49,926 nucleotides of DNA from a virus. Shown here piece after piece: positions 26,877-35,834 of this stretch (positions are counted from its first letter, which is position 1; each line of letters begins with the position of its first letter). The position numbers were made by a program, and so were the translations under genes. Below the pieces are notes generated by a model, which had not been told where the DNA came from, ran no database searches, and worked only from the letters and a program-made list of their open reading frames with translations. The stretch lies in UHGV virus genome UHGV-1353897; one strand, written 5' to 3'.

Positions 26877-28205
26877 TTATAGGCCAAGAGCCTTTTCAAG
26901 GTCATCAAGGTCTTCAGTGTAAAGATCGATGTCCTCTTTCTTACTTAATTCCTTATGTTGTGCTTCAAGGTTCTCAATCTGCTTGAGTAGGCGCTCACGG
27001 GCGTCCAGAGTAATAGACGACAGAGGCATCTTGAACAACTCGTCAAGATCACCACCAAAGTCCGGGTAGTCCTGCATGAACAGAGACTTCAGCACGTCAA
27101 TCTTTTGGCGGAGATCAACACGCGTCGCCCATTCAATGAACACCGCCCGGTCACCCAGCTTGCGGATCCTGTCTGCCATGTCCTTCAACAGATACTGGCG
27201 ACGGTCTTCGTACCGTGACAGGCGATAATTGAAGAACGGCAGCAACATGTCCCGCCAACCAGAATAACGATGAATAACACCGTCTTCATCCCATGCTGTC
27301 CACACAGGCTTGGTGGCTGAATACAGCTTGAACATCTGCTCAACCTGCTCGTCACTCAGCTTAGAGAGTTCGCCGCGCTTAAACACAACCGTGATATCCC
27401 AGCCATCTTCTGTCGTGTCGTTGGCGTACTCGGTGAGGATACCAGCCTTGTACAGAGGCAGCAACACCTTGGTCTCATAGGTCTTGGCAAACCAACCCAC
27501 TGGGACTTCGGTGATATGCAGGGTCGTGGCATTGACGCGACGGAAGATGCCGCGACTGTATGCTCTTCCTTCCTCAGTATAGCCTGTCTCTCCTTTGAAG
27601 CCGTTCCAGTACGGTTTTAAGTCTTTCGGGTCTTCGCCACGGAGAAGCGCTCTCAGGGCATTCAGCACGGACTTAACGCAATGACACGGGGTGTCGGTGG
27701 AATATCCGGTGCCGATACCATTGATCCCATTCACCAGGAACATGGGTAGGATGGGCAGAAAGAACTTCGGCTCCAGTCTTTCTTCACCAAGGTAGTTGTA
27801 TTCCAAAATACCCTCATCCTCCTTGCGGAAGATCTTGCGGATAACGTCAGATACAGCGACGGATATGTATCGGGCAGATGAAGCATCACGCCCCATGATA
27901 GAACCAAACTGGCCATCGCGGTCAAAGTACGGGATGTTGTTCGTGCCTGGGAACCCCTGAGCCATGTTCACGATAGTGCCGCTCATGTTCTCACCACCAG
28001 ACTTGTAGTTGGTGCGAGCGGCGGCGAACATACCAAGGCGGTCAACAATCTCCTCCTTGTTGTACTCAAGAGCAGCGAAAAGGATCTTGCGCTGGCTTGG
28101 CTTGAGGCTGTCAATCAGCTGAGGGATTTGACGGATGCTGTTGACCACAGAAAACTGCTTATGGTCAGTGTTGACAAAGTCCGTTACAGTAATGCTCTTA
28201 GCAAC
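26877..28205 (-). CDS. 52: DNA topoisomerase II medium subunit (GyrA-like; T4 gp52-like)
   Basis: GyrA/ParC-like N-terminal breakage-reunion region (SIRQIPQLIDSLKPSQRKILFA...); start moved to ATG 28205 (GAGGA SD) just after upstream stop; ORF track gives 28289. Confidence 0.85.
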   Translation of the reverse strand, partial: VAKSITVTDFVNTDHKQFSVVNSIRQIPQLIDSLKPSQRKILFAALEYNKEEIVDRLGMFAAARTNYKSGGENMSGTIVNMAQGFPGTNNIPYFDRDGQFGSIMGRDASSARYISVAVSDVIRKIFRKEDEGILEYNYLGEERLEPKFFLPILPMFLVNGINGIGTGYSTDTPCHCVKSVLNALRALLRGEDPKDLKPYWNGFKGETGYTEEGRAYSRGIFRRVNATTLHITEVPVGWFAKTYETKVLLPLYKAGILTEYANDTTEDGWDITVVFKRGELSKLSDEQVEQMFKLYSATKPVWTAWDEDGVIHRYSGWRDMLLPFFNYRLSRYEDRRQYLLKDMADRIRKLGDRAVFIEWATRVDLRQKIDVLKSLFMQDYPDFGGDLDELFKMPLSSITLDARERLLKQIENLEAQHKELSKKEDIDLYTEDLDDLEKALGL

Positions 28206-28209
28206 CATC

Positions 28210-29376
28210 TTATTCATCCTCAGTTTCAAACAGGCAAACATCGCTAAACCAGGTTTTACGGTAATCGGCAGCCTCATCACCGAAGCCATTCTTCAGTGAC
28301 TGTTGGTAGCCATCGTCCAGCGTGACCGTCGTAGTATACGCATCCAGGTTGTTTAGAATACGTTTGAAGTCTTCAGTGCTGTTACCACCCAGACCTTTCA
28401 GATATTTCTTCTTCGTGATCTTCTTGGCATCAGGCGTCTTCAGGAACTCCTCATACTCTGCGTTGTTCATGAACTCATGCATCACCTTACCACACCACAC
28501 ACGCATGTAAGGGGTGCGCAGGAGCTTCAGCCTGCCCTGACGGACATACTCCGGCCAGTAGGTGCAATACAGGGTGATCAACAACCCACGGATGTGGATG
28601 CCGTCATCGTCCGCATCGGTAGCCACAACAGTCTGTGGGTAACGGGTGATATCAAGGGGCTGGCCTGGCACTGCGCCGCCATGGATCGTACACAGGTTCT
28701 TGAACTCTTCATTGTTCATCACCTTTGAGCGCGGGGCGTTCAGGCAGTTGATGAACTTACCACGAAGCGGGAACAACCCGATCTTCTTGGTGTCGCGGGC
28801 GTTCAGGATAGGATTGGAGGCACTATCACCCTCTGTCAGCAACAGGGAGCATCCGCTGCGGTCACCACGGGCGGTCGCCGGGTAATACTTCTCAATCTCA
28901 CGATAATCCCGTTTGCTGATGTCCTTCTTGGCCTTTTCAAACTCAGCATCATCCTGCTCATTGCGCAGGGAAGCCAGTTCTTTGCTCAGACCAGCCGTAA
29001 CGAACTCAAGCGCCTTGCGGATCAGTTTATCGCTGGGCTTGTACGACGTACCGAACTGGCTGACAGGAGTGGTCATGCGCTCCTTGGTCTGGCTGTCAAA
29101 GCGCGGGTTGTTGATGTCGGCGGCGATGAACAAGGACATGTGGTTCTTGATCATTGCTGGCTTCAGTTCGGTCTTGAACTTCTTCACCAGCTGGGGACGA
29201 ATCGCTGCCACGATCTGGTCAGCAACATAATCAACGTGAGGACCACCGATGTGGGTGGCAATAGAGTTCACGTATGATGCGTGCATGAACGTACCGGATG
29301 AAGGGGCTACAGCAACAGACCAATCCCCCGGTTTGCAACAGCCGAACCAGCATGGAATAATCAACGAAGTGGCCAA
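28210..29376 (-). CDS. 39: DNA topoisomerase II large subunit, transducer + Toprim portion
   Basis: GyrB-like transducer (GGPHVDYV, FDSQTKERM) and Toprim (LLLTEGDSASN); frame is open well upstream of the listed start and overlaps the ATPase ORF. Confidence 0.8.
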   Translation of the reverse strand: MATSLIIPCWFGCCKPGDWSVAVAPSSGTFMHASYVNSIATHIGGPHVDYVADQIVAAIRPQLVKKFKTELKPAMIKNHMSLFIAADINNPRFDSQTKERMTTPVSQFGTSYKPSDKLIRKALEFVTAGLSKELASLRNEQDDAEFEKAKKDISKRDYREIEKYYPATARGDRSGCSLLLTEGDSASNPILNARDTKKIGLFPLRGKFINCLNAPRSKVMNNEEFKNLCTIHGGAVPGQPLDITRYPQTVVATDADDDGIHIRGLLITLYCTYWPEYVRQGRLKLLRTPYMRVWCGKVMHEFMNNAEYEEFLKTPDAKKITKKKYLKGLGGNSTEDFKRILNNLDAYTTTVTLDDGYQQSLKNGFGDEAADYRKTWFSDVCLFETEDE

Positions 29377-30116
29377 AGCGTCAATCCGGATTTGCTCCCG
29401 TTGAGAACAATCTTCAGGCGCGGGTTACACGCAGCCACTTCAAACGCGCGGCGATAGATCATCAGCAGGTTGTTCTGGTCAAGTCCTTTGACGCCCAGAC
29501 GAGCATAGTCAGGGATCCAGGCGATGGATGTGCCAGGACTGTTCACGTTGCTGATGACTGGGTTAGATTTCTTGCTCATGTTGTCTTCAAACGTCTGAGT
29601 ATAAGACTTCTTGCCGTCATTAGTCGTGACGCGGAACCATTTGGAGAACACGTTGACGAGGGACGCCCCTTCGCCATTCTGACCACCGGACTTCTGGTTG
29701 TTGTACTCTTCGTCTTCGTCGTTGAAGTTCGATCCCGCATATAGAGAGCCGAACAACATTTCAGGAAGCCACTCGTTGGTGACGCCATGCTTGACCACAG
29801 GGATACCTCCGTTGTCAGCAACGATGATTTGACCGTTCATCGGGGAAACTGTGACGGTGATTTCCGTCAGGGATTTACCCTCAGGGGTCTTGCTGTGGTC
29901 AACACAGTTGGTGATGATTTCATCAAACTGTTTGATCAGCGCGGGGGAGTACTCAAAGTTGTCACGGAAGATGACTTTGTCCTTAGTTGGGTCATACACC
30001 CACACCGTCCCCACAGACGAACGAATACTGCCCAGATGACGCTCTGGGCGGAGTAGGATATGCTCAACGTGAGTGAGCTTCTTGTACTTGCGTTCAATAT
30101 CAATTTTGTTGGACAT
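29361..30116 (-). CDS. 39: DNA topoisomerase II large subunit, N-terminal GHKL ATPase portion
   Basis: YKKLTHVEHILLRPERHLGS N-terminus typical of T4 gp39/GyrB; ITNCVDH N-box; VADNGGIPV G1-box; ends in stop after 251 aa while homology continues in the -1 frame. Confidence 0.8.
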   Translation of the reverse strand: MSNKIDIERKYKKLTHVEHILLRPERHLGSIRSSVGTVWVYDPTKDKVIFRDNFEYSPALIKQFDEIITNCVDHSKTPEGKSLTEITVTVSPMNGQIIVADNGGIPVVKHGVTNEWLPEMLFGSLYAGSNFNDEDEEYNNQKSGGQNGEGASLVNVFSKWFRVTTNDGKKSYTQTFEDNMSKKSNPVISNVNSPGTSIAWIPDYARLGVKGLDQNNLLMIYRRAFEVAACNPRLKIVLNGSKSGLTLWPLR

Positions 30117-30164
30117 CGGCCTATCCCGTCAATGGTAAACACACAAGATTATGTATGGGGTCGC

Positions 30165-30746
30165 TTATAGACCAAATTTGCTACGCCACTTTTCAACCTT
30201 GTGTTCAATAGCGTGCTCCACTTTAATGCGAGTGGCCATCAAAGAGGATCCACGGATCGCCCCTTCCCCACACCCCATGCGCGCAACATGCTTGATTAGG
30301 TCATTGACGAGTTGATCCAATCTGTCTTGACTGCGATAAGGCTGGTTGCACAACCGGATAATCCGGCCATGATAATGATGGATAAGATTCAGATGCTTTT
30401 GAGGATCACGATCAATCAGACGGAACCAGTCTTCTTCCAACAGATTAGAAGAAATATCGTTCACTGTCGCCATGTGGTTGATGACAGAGTCGATCATTTC
30501 GGCCTTGTTCAGAGAGCCGCGCATTTGGACGTCGTCATAATCCATGACGTACAGAAGGTCAATAGCAGAGATAATGACATCAGAAACTTCGCCATTCAAC
30601 GGCTCGGAAGATACTATGCCATGAAACACATCAGACAGTTCACAGATCTCTTCACCTAGTTTGTTCAGAACAAACACAGGAGAACGGTCTGGGGTATGAG
30701 CAGTACAGTCATAAGAAGTGTCGACGATAGTGTGTAGAAATTTCAT
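30165..30746 (-). CDS. hypothetical protein (possible all-alpha NTP pyrophosphatase-like)
   Basis: 193 aa; LGEEICELSDV and EVSDVIISAIDLLYV loosely resemble MazG EExxE/ELxDV motifs; weak. Confidence 0.3.
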   Translation of the reverse strand: MKFLHTIVDTSYDCTAHTPDRSPVFVLNKLGEEICELSDVFHGIVSSEPLNGEVSDVIISAIDLLYVMDYDDVQMRGSLNKAEMIDSVINHMATVNDISSNLLEEDWFRLIDRDPQKHLNLIHHYHGRIIRLCNQPYRSQDRLDQLVNDLIKHVARMGCGEGAIRGSSLMATRIKVEHAIEHKVEKWRSKFGL

Positions 30747-31246
30747 TTCAAAGTTCCTTGTATGCGGAGACGATTAATGTGGGCAATGATATAGTCCATA
30801 GAGTTTTGAAAACTGTATTTCCCGTTCTGAACATATGCATGGATCAGGGGTAGGCGACTGTACGCCAATCTGATCTTCAGACGTTCAGGCATTGTCTGGA
30901 GTTTCATGCTAGTTGCAAATAGGATATCGCGCTTGAATTCTTCGGTAGACGGGTCCAGGACAATGACGCGAGAAGCCGCCAATCCCTGTCCATATTGCTT
31001 GGCCTCATAACCGTCGAGCAGGCGCAGGTTGTCATCCCTATACTTCAGCCAATACCAGTACCCCTCCATGGAGTTAAACACACCATGTTCATGGGTAGTC
31101 ATTGGATGATGGGTAAAATGCGAGAGGAAGCGCCCGAGTTCCGTCTGGCTCCGGCTGTAGATGTTGAAGTGATTCTTATCCTCTGTTGCAGGGGTCATCT
31201 TGTTCTGTGGAACGTTCATTAACAGCATCATGATGTAGTTTCTCAA
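30743..31246 (-). CDS. hypothetical protein
   Basis: 167-aa ORF; ATGA overlap with downstream gene. Confidence 0.5.
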   Translation of the reverse strand: MRNYIMMLLMNVPQNKMTPATEDKNHFNIYSRSQTELGRFLSHFTHHPMTTHEHGVFNSMEGYWYWLKYRDDNLRLLDGYEAKQYGQGLAASRVIVLDPSTEEFKRDILFATSMKLQTMPERLKIRLAYSRLPLIHAYVQNGKYSFQNSMDYIIAHINRLRIQGTLK

Positions 31247-31273
31247 ATCAAAGTATTGCTGTGTGCAGCCAGT

Positions 31274-31471
31274 TTATTTCTTCACACACCCCAAATAGGA
31301 GCAGAGTAAACCGACAACAGAAAATATAATGGCAAGAAGGTAACGAGTCACCTGCATTTGTGGTGTTGTAAGCAGGCCGATAACGCTTTCGAGCGCCAGG
31401 AACAAACACACCCCAGCGATTACACCGAATTTGAACGAATTACGTTCTCTGTTAATTCTGAACTTGTACAT
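31274..31471 (-). CDS. small membrane protein
   Basis: 65 aa with two hydrophobic helices; GGAGGTG SD upstream. Confidence 0.4.
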   Translation of the reverse strand: MYKFRINRERNSFKFGVIAGVCLFLALESVIGLLTTPQMQVTRYLLAIIFSVVGLLCSYLGCVKK

Positions 31472-31520
31472 TGCGCACCTCCTGTTAGGGAAATAGGGGA
31501 GGAAACTCCCCTGTAACTAT

Positions 31521-32021
31521 CTAGCCCAGAAACACTACTAAAGTCAAATTAGTGAGGGCGCTGCGACCTTCCCGCAGCATTTCATGCGCAGATGCAAGGC
31601 GCTTGGGGTCATGCAACGTATCAGAGAACACGATGATGTTTGCTTTATCGATGTCCGTGCCCATGTAATGGGAGATGGTTGTCGTGTGCTGTTTCTTGTC
31701 TACATCGGGCAATGATACATCCGCACCTGCTCGGGAGCGGAAGAAAGAATCGCGTTCACTAACGCTATGGAAGACACCCATGATGTAGAGGTTGTTCTCT
31801 GTCTGGAAATCATAGGACAGAATCTTCTTCAGCGCGGCGGTGTGCCCAGTCTGGCGCAGCATGCGATAGTACAGTATGTTTCCAGGACAGGTGGGGTCCG
31901 TCACACCTCCCCTCGATTGGCGATCTTTCTGGATTTCATACGCATCCAGGATAAGTTGTTGGACCATTTCAATATGGGCAGTCAGGGAGATTTCGACTTT
32001 ACGTTTGACCATGGATTTCAT
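31521..32021 (-). CDS. hypothetical protein
   Basis: 166-aa ORF. Confidence 0.5.
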   Translation of the reverse strand: MKSMVKRKVEISLTAHIEMVQQLILDAYEIQKDRQSRGGVTDPTCPGNILYYRMLRQTGHTAALKKILSYDFQTENNLYIMGVFHSVSERDSFFRSRAGADVSLPDVDKKQHTTTISHYMGTDIDKANIIVFSDTLHDPKRLASAHEMLREGRSALTNLTLVVFLG

Positions 32022-32085
32022 TTGGTGTATCCTCAGTTAGGTTCCGCTCATGGGGAACGAGTCCATTATACACCGAATACCGGAA

Positions 32086-32113
32086 ATGAAAAAGAGGCCG
32101 GAGCCTCTTTTGT
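32086..32113 (-). terminator. rho-independent terminator (bidirectional hairpin)
   Basis: AAGAGGC-cgga-GCCTCTT stem-loop flanked by A-run and T-run; follows stop of minus-strand CDS 32140..32397. Confidence 0.55.
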
Positions 32114-32139
32114 TAACCCATGATCATCGCGTTCATGGC

Positions 32140-32397
32140 TCATTCCTCTTCGTATTTTCCTGTCCTGAAGTTCCACTTTCTTGCATTCTTCAGGTCGAGG
32201 TCTTTGAAGATGTTTCCAAAGATCTTTTGGAAGGAGGTCTGCTCTTGTTCTTCCTCAAGATCCTTGGGCTTCTTGACAGGCTCTTTCACCATACCGCCTT
32301 CGGGTTTCCCCACATCGGCGGTCGTGGTTCCAGGGGCTGCTGAGTCTTCAAGGAAGTCCTGGAAGCCTTTCATGATTAGACCGCAGCCATTTCGCAA
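32140..32397 (-). CDS. hypothetical protein
   Basis: 85-aa ORF, charged/Lys-rich. Confidence 0.4.
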   Translation of the reverse strand: MRNGCGLIMKGFQDFLEDSAAPGTTTADVGKPEGGMVKEPVKKPKDLEEEQEQTSFQKIFGNIFKDLDLKNARKWNFRTGKYEEE

Positions 32398-33197
32398 CGA
32401 GTAGAGGTCACAGAGTGGCCGTCAGCGTCTTCAACAACACACCAGTACTCACCCTCGTTTTCGGCAGCAACTGCAGTGATAACCAGGCTCGCAGTTGCAG
32501 CAGTGGGGTTAGTGCCAGCATCGATCACCTCACCTTCACCACCAGGGACATCAGAGAAGTACCAAGTATGTGTGTATGGGGTAGTGCCGCCTGTAGCAGC
32601 GATGGTGAAGGTTGCGGATTCACCTGTTGTTACATCCTGAGAAGCGGCCAGATCGGTAGACAGAGACAGAGCGCCAGCCACTGTGATGACGGTAGAGTCG
32701 GTGTGGTCACCTTCGATGGTTACACCGTAAACAGTCACTGAACCCGGCGCCAGCAGCTTGAATTTACCACCACCGATGTGCACAGCTTTGGTCAGATCGC
32801 CAGAGTACCAGTTGACACCCTGGTAGGTCGCGTTCTCCGGAGCGACGACCGCCTTCAGTTCAACAACCTGACCGACTTCACCATTAGCAGTTTCAGGGGT
32901 GATGGTCAGGCCAGTGGTCAGCACAGCGCTTGGGTCGTGGATTTCATAAGACAGCTGGAAGCCAACGGGCTTGGTTGGATCCACTTTGGTGACGCCATCG
33001 GCCTGCAAATTGCTCTTGGTCAGCAGTGCATCCAGACCTTTACACTCAGTCAGGATCTCGTCTGGGTCTTGGTTAAGACTGGTCTTTTCCCAACCACGAG
33101 CAGTACCTGTTACATTGTGAAGACGCTCAGTTTCCGGTTTGTTGCGAACAACTTCCGGTGCTACTAATACAGTGATCGTTGGCATGGTTTCCTCCAC
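32376..33197 (-). CDS. Ig-like domain protein (Big_2 / I-set-like; Hoc-like?)
   Basis: Thr/Val/Gly-rich beta-strand repeats (ATYQGVNWYSGDLTKA..GSVTVYGVTIEG; ATFTIAATGGTTPYTHTWYF..GEYWCVV) typical of Ig-like folds. Confidence 0.55.
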   Translation of the reverse strand: MEETMPTITVLVAPEVVRNKPETERLHNVTGTARGWEKTSLNQDPDEILTECKGLDALLTKSNLQADGVTKVDPTKPVGFQLSYEIHDPSAVLTTGLTITPETANGEVGQVVELKAVVAPENATYQGVNWYSGDLTKAVHIGGGKFKLLAPGSVTVYGVTIEGDHTDSTVITVAGALSLSTDLAASQDVTTGESATFTIAATGGTTPYTHTWYFSDVPGGEGEVIDAGTNPTAATASLVITAVAAENEGEYWCVVEDADGHSVTSTRCEMAAV

Positions 33198-33556
33198 TCA
33201 TCCAAATCGTTGTTCAGAGCCATCATCAGCTCATTATCTGGTTCGTATGAACCGGAACATAAATCATCGCGCCATACGCCTAATGTCAACAAAGCAGCCT
33301 TGAGGCGTGGCAACTGGGGCTTATCCACCTTCAAAACGAGCATGCGGCAAGCGGCCTCTGTTTCGAACGTATTGAAGACAGTAATCAATTGATTGAGAAT
33401 CAACCGAGGACTCTTACCAGGGACAAATCTCTTCAATGATTGATTAATTAGCGAAATCCGCTGAATGTCTACCAGCAGTTCATCCCACGAGACAGAATCT
33501 ACAATATAATGCCTCAGTGCATAATCCATCAAGTTGCTTTCGTCAACGATAGGCAT
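33164..33556 (-). CDS. hypothetical protein
   Basis: 130-aa ORF. Confidence 0.5.
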   Translation of the reverse strand: MPIVDESNLMDYALRHYIVDSVSWDELLVDIQRISLINQSLKRFVPGKSPRLILNQLITVFNTFETEAACRMLVLKVDKPQLPRLKAALLTLGVWRDDLCSGSYEPDNELMMALNNDLDEWRKPCQRSLY

Positions 33557-33586
33557 ATTGAATAAGTTCAGCTGTTGTATATCGGC

Positions 33587-34012
33587 TTATTTAATCTGCA
33601 ATTTTTCGATCAGCTTCGCAATCAGTTGAATGCGATCTTCTTCTGTGATACCCAGCGGCGCAGCCAACAACTTGAGATCGTCAACCCCCAACAGGTTCAG
33701 AGTCTCGACTGTGATGTTGGTTTCAATCACAGCCCCGGTTTCAAACGGCTTGCCGAACTTGTCGCGACCATAACGCTTGAGGGTCGCAGCCAGCCCTGGA
33801 AGCTCCTGGAGGAGTTCCTTCGTGCCGTCTTGGTATTCACACACCCAACCGTACCCGCCAGCGTAGACGACGCCTCCGTCTCCCCCTGGAGGGATGTTAT
33901 CGATGGCGCGTTGTAGGTAGGTAGGCAACACACCTTCCTCCTTCGCCTGGATGTCATCGACTGGGGCTTCAGTTTTAATTTCAACTTTCTTGACTTCAGG
34001 TTTCTTCGCCAT
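33587..34012 (-). CDS. hypothetical protein
   Basis: 141-aa ORF with Lys/Glu-rich N-terminus; AGGAGAAC SD upstream. Confidence 0.5.
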   Translation of the reverse strand: MAKKPEVKKVEIKTEAPVDDIQAKEEGVLPTYLQRAIDNIPPGGDGGVVYAGGYGWVCEYQDGTKELLQELPGLAATLKRYGRDKFGKPFETGAVIETNITVETLNLLGVDDLKLLAAPLGITEEDRIQLIAKLIEKLQIK

Positions 34013-34197
34013 GTTTGGTTCTCCTATAGACTGTTACGTATTTACCACAGCAATTGCAGCAGTATACGTGCATCGCGTATCCTTCGTCTGTGAAGTCGCA
34101 ACCACCACAGCGACAGAACAATTTCACGAACTGTTGGTCATGAACTTCACGGGGAGGGAATTGTTTGTGGGAGTATTCCCTAGTCTCGCCTTCGAAC

Positions 34198-34222
34198 TGA
34201 AAAGGAGGCCGGAGCCTCCTTG
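34198..34222 (-). terminator. rho-independent terminator
   Basis: GGAGGC-cgga-GCCTCC hairpin (same loop as 32086..32113) followed on minus strand by TTTTC; directly after rIIB stop. Confidence 0.5.
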
Positions 34223-34237
34223 GTGGATGGGGTTTGG

Positions 34238-35803
34238 TTACTTGTACAGGCCTGTCACGTCAATGGACTTGTGCTGGCGGTTGTACTCGGCGGTGTAATC
34301 ATCCAACACCAAGTATTCACAGCAGCGGATTTTGCTTGAACCAAAATCATCGGTGACCGACACGATGTCACGCGGGTTCAGCTTACAGCGAACGACGCGC
34401 TGGCCAACAGAACCGAAACACTCCTTCAGATAGGCCAGGGAGCAAACGTGCAAACCGTATGAACACAGTTCAGAGTTGTTGTCGTTCACGAATGAGCGAG
34501 CCATCCGCACGATAGTGCCTGGGGCGTTGCTGATCGTGTTGCTGTGCTTGTCCATGTAGTTACCGCGCACCGATTTGTAGAGGATGATGTCACCATCTTC
34601 GTCAATTTCGATGTCAGAGTACGCCATGAACTCATAGATGCGCCCAGACTGAACCAGAGAAGCTGACGGGTTCTGGAACATTTTGTCCATAAACTTCGCC
34701 ATGCGGTCCAGGTTGTGGAAGTCACCCTTCAGCATCAGCGCCAGTACACGCTTGGCGATGGATGTGCCTGTGATGTCATGACCGGACCAGCGGACACGGT
34801 TGTCAGACACGTCTACCAGACCAGCAGCGTACTTCGCGATGGCTTCACGAGGTCGCATCAGCGAGTAGGCCAGCTTCACGTCTTTGTCTTTGATCGCCTG
34901 TACGATGCGGTCGTAGGCCGGGTGTGAAGTGGTGATCGTTTCCGGCTTACCGTCAATCGCGATAACAACGCTGTCAGGCAGAATCAGGATCTGGTGTTCG
35001 TTCAGGAACACGTCCAGGTCTTTCGCACCGAAGTCCTGCTTGGTCTTCTTGTCATCAGCCACTTCTTCAACGTCTTTGACAGCGACGGTGAATTCTACAG
35101 AAGACAGAGCCAAGCGCAGGGTGCGACCGAGGATGCCATCAAAGTAACCAACACGGCGACGGGCATCCAAGGATCCACGGATAGGATAGGTTTCCCCGTC
35201 AACCACAACGCTGATTTCAACGTTGCTCGGAACTTTGTCCGCACCTTCTGACAGCGCCACAGAAATTTCTGCCATCTTGCCGATATCTTCAACATCGAAA
35301 TCGCGACTATCGCCTTCCACAGGAGTCAATTCAGACTTTTCAAAGAAAGCCCCTTTGAAATTGCCGTCGTTAATGAGACACAGATACTTGTTGTGGTTCG
35401 GCAGATATGCCCCAACATACCATTCTGTGTCATCTTTGTCTTTGGCCGTGCCGCCCGGTTGGACCTCGAATACTTCCTGCTCTTCCGGCTTGATAGGAGA
35501 GATCACAGTTACCTTGTTTTTCTCCTCGGTAATCCGGACCAACAGAGCGCGAGCAATGGTCTTGGCGGACACACCGTACACCTTGGCCAAGAATGCATTG
35601 CTGACATTACCTGCCGCCGAATCCCTTTGGATATTGGCGATCTGATCTGTTGTCAGGGATTTCAGCGAAGTAGGGTCAACACCGAGTTCCGTGTCTGCAA
35701 CACGTTGTACAGTCGAGCGGGGTATGCCCAACAGAGTAGCAATTGCGCTCTGGCTTTTGCCTTCCTTCAAATGCTTCAGGATCTTTTCTTCAATCTTGTT
35801 CAT
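34238..35803 (-). CDS. rIIB: rIIB protein
   Basis: N-terminal HTH-like SQSAIATLLGIPRSTVQRV and C-terminal CSYGLHVCS..RVVRCKLNPRDIVSV match remembered T4 rIIB segments; start moved to ATG 35803 to avoid overlap with rIIA; larger than T4 rIIB. Confidence 0.7.
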   Translation of the reverse strand: MNKIEEKILKHLKEGKSQSAIATLLGIPRSTVQRVADTELGVDPTSLKSLTTDQIANIQRDSAAGNVSNAFLAKVYGVSAKTIARALLVRITEEKNKVTVISPIKPEEQEVFEVQPGGTAKDKDDTEWYVGAYLPNHNKYLCLINDGNFKGAFFEKSELTPVEGDSRDFDVEDIGKMAEISVALSEGADKVPSNVEISVVVDGETYPIRGSLDARRRVGYFDGILGRTLRLALSSVEFTVAVKDVEEVADDKKTKQDFGAKDLDVFLNEHQILILPDSVVIAIDGKPETITTSHPAYDRIVQAIKDKDVKLAYSLMRPREAIAKYAAGLVDVSDNRVRWSGHDITGTSIAKRVLALMLKGDFHNLDRMAKFMDKMFQNPSASLVQSGRIYEFMAYSDIEIDEDGDIILYKSVRGNYMDKHSNTISNAPGTIVRMARSFVNDNNSELCSYGLHVCSLAYLKECFGSVGQRVVRCKLNPRDIVSVTDDFGSSKIRCCEYLVLDDYTAEYNRQHKSIDVTGLYK

Positions 35804-35834
35804 CTTGTAGTTCCCACGTTGGTTAACAGGACTA

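Noticed and set aside
31481-31520. AGGGGAG-ttcc-CTCCCCT hairpin between genes 31521..32021 and 31274..31471
   Set aside because: A stem-loop is present, but it has no flanking T-run on the coding strand and no TATAAT-like hexamer or conserved box, so it was not called as a terminator or promoter cassette.
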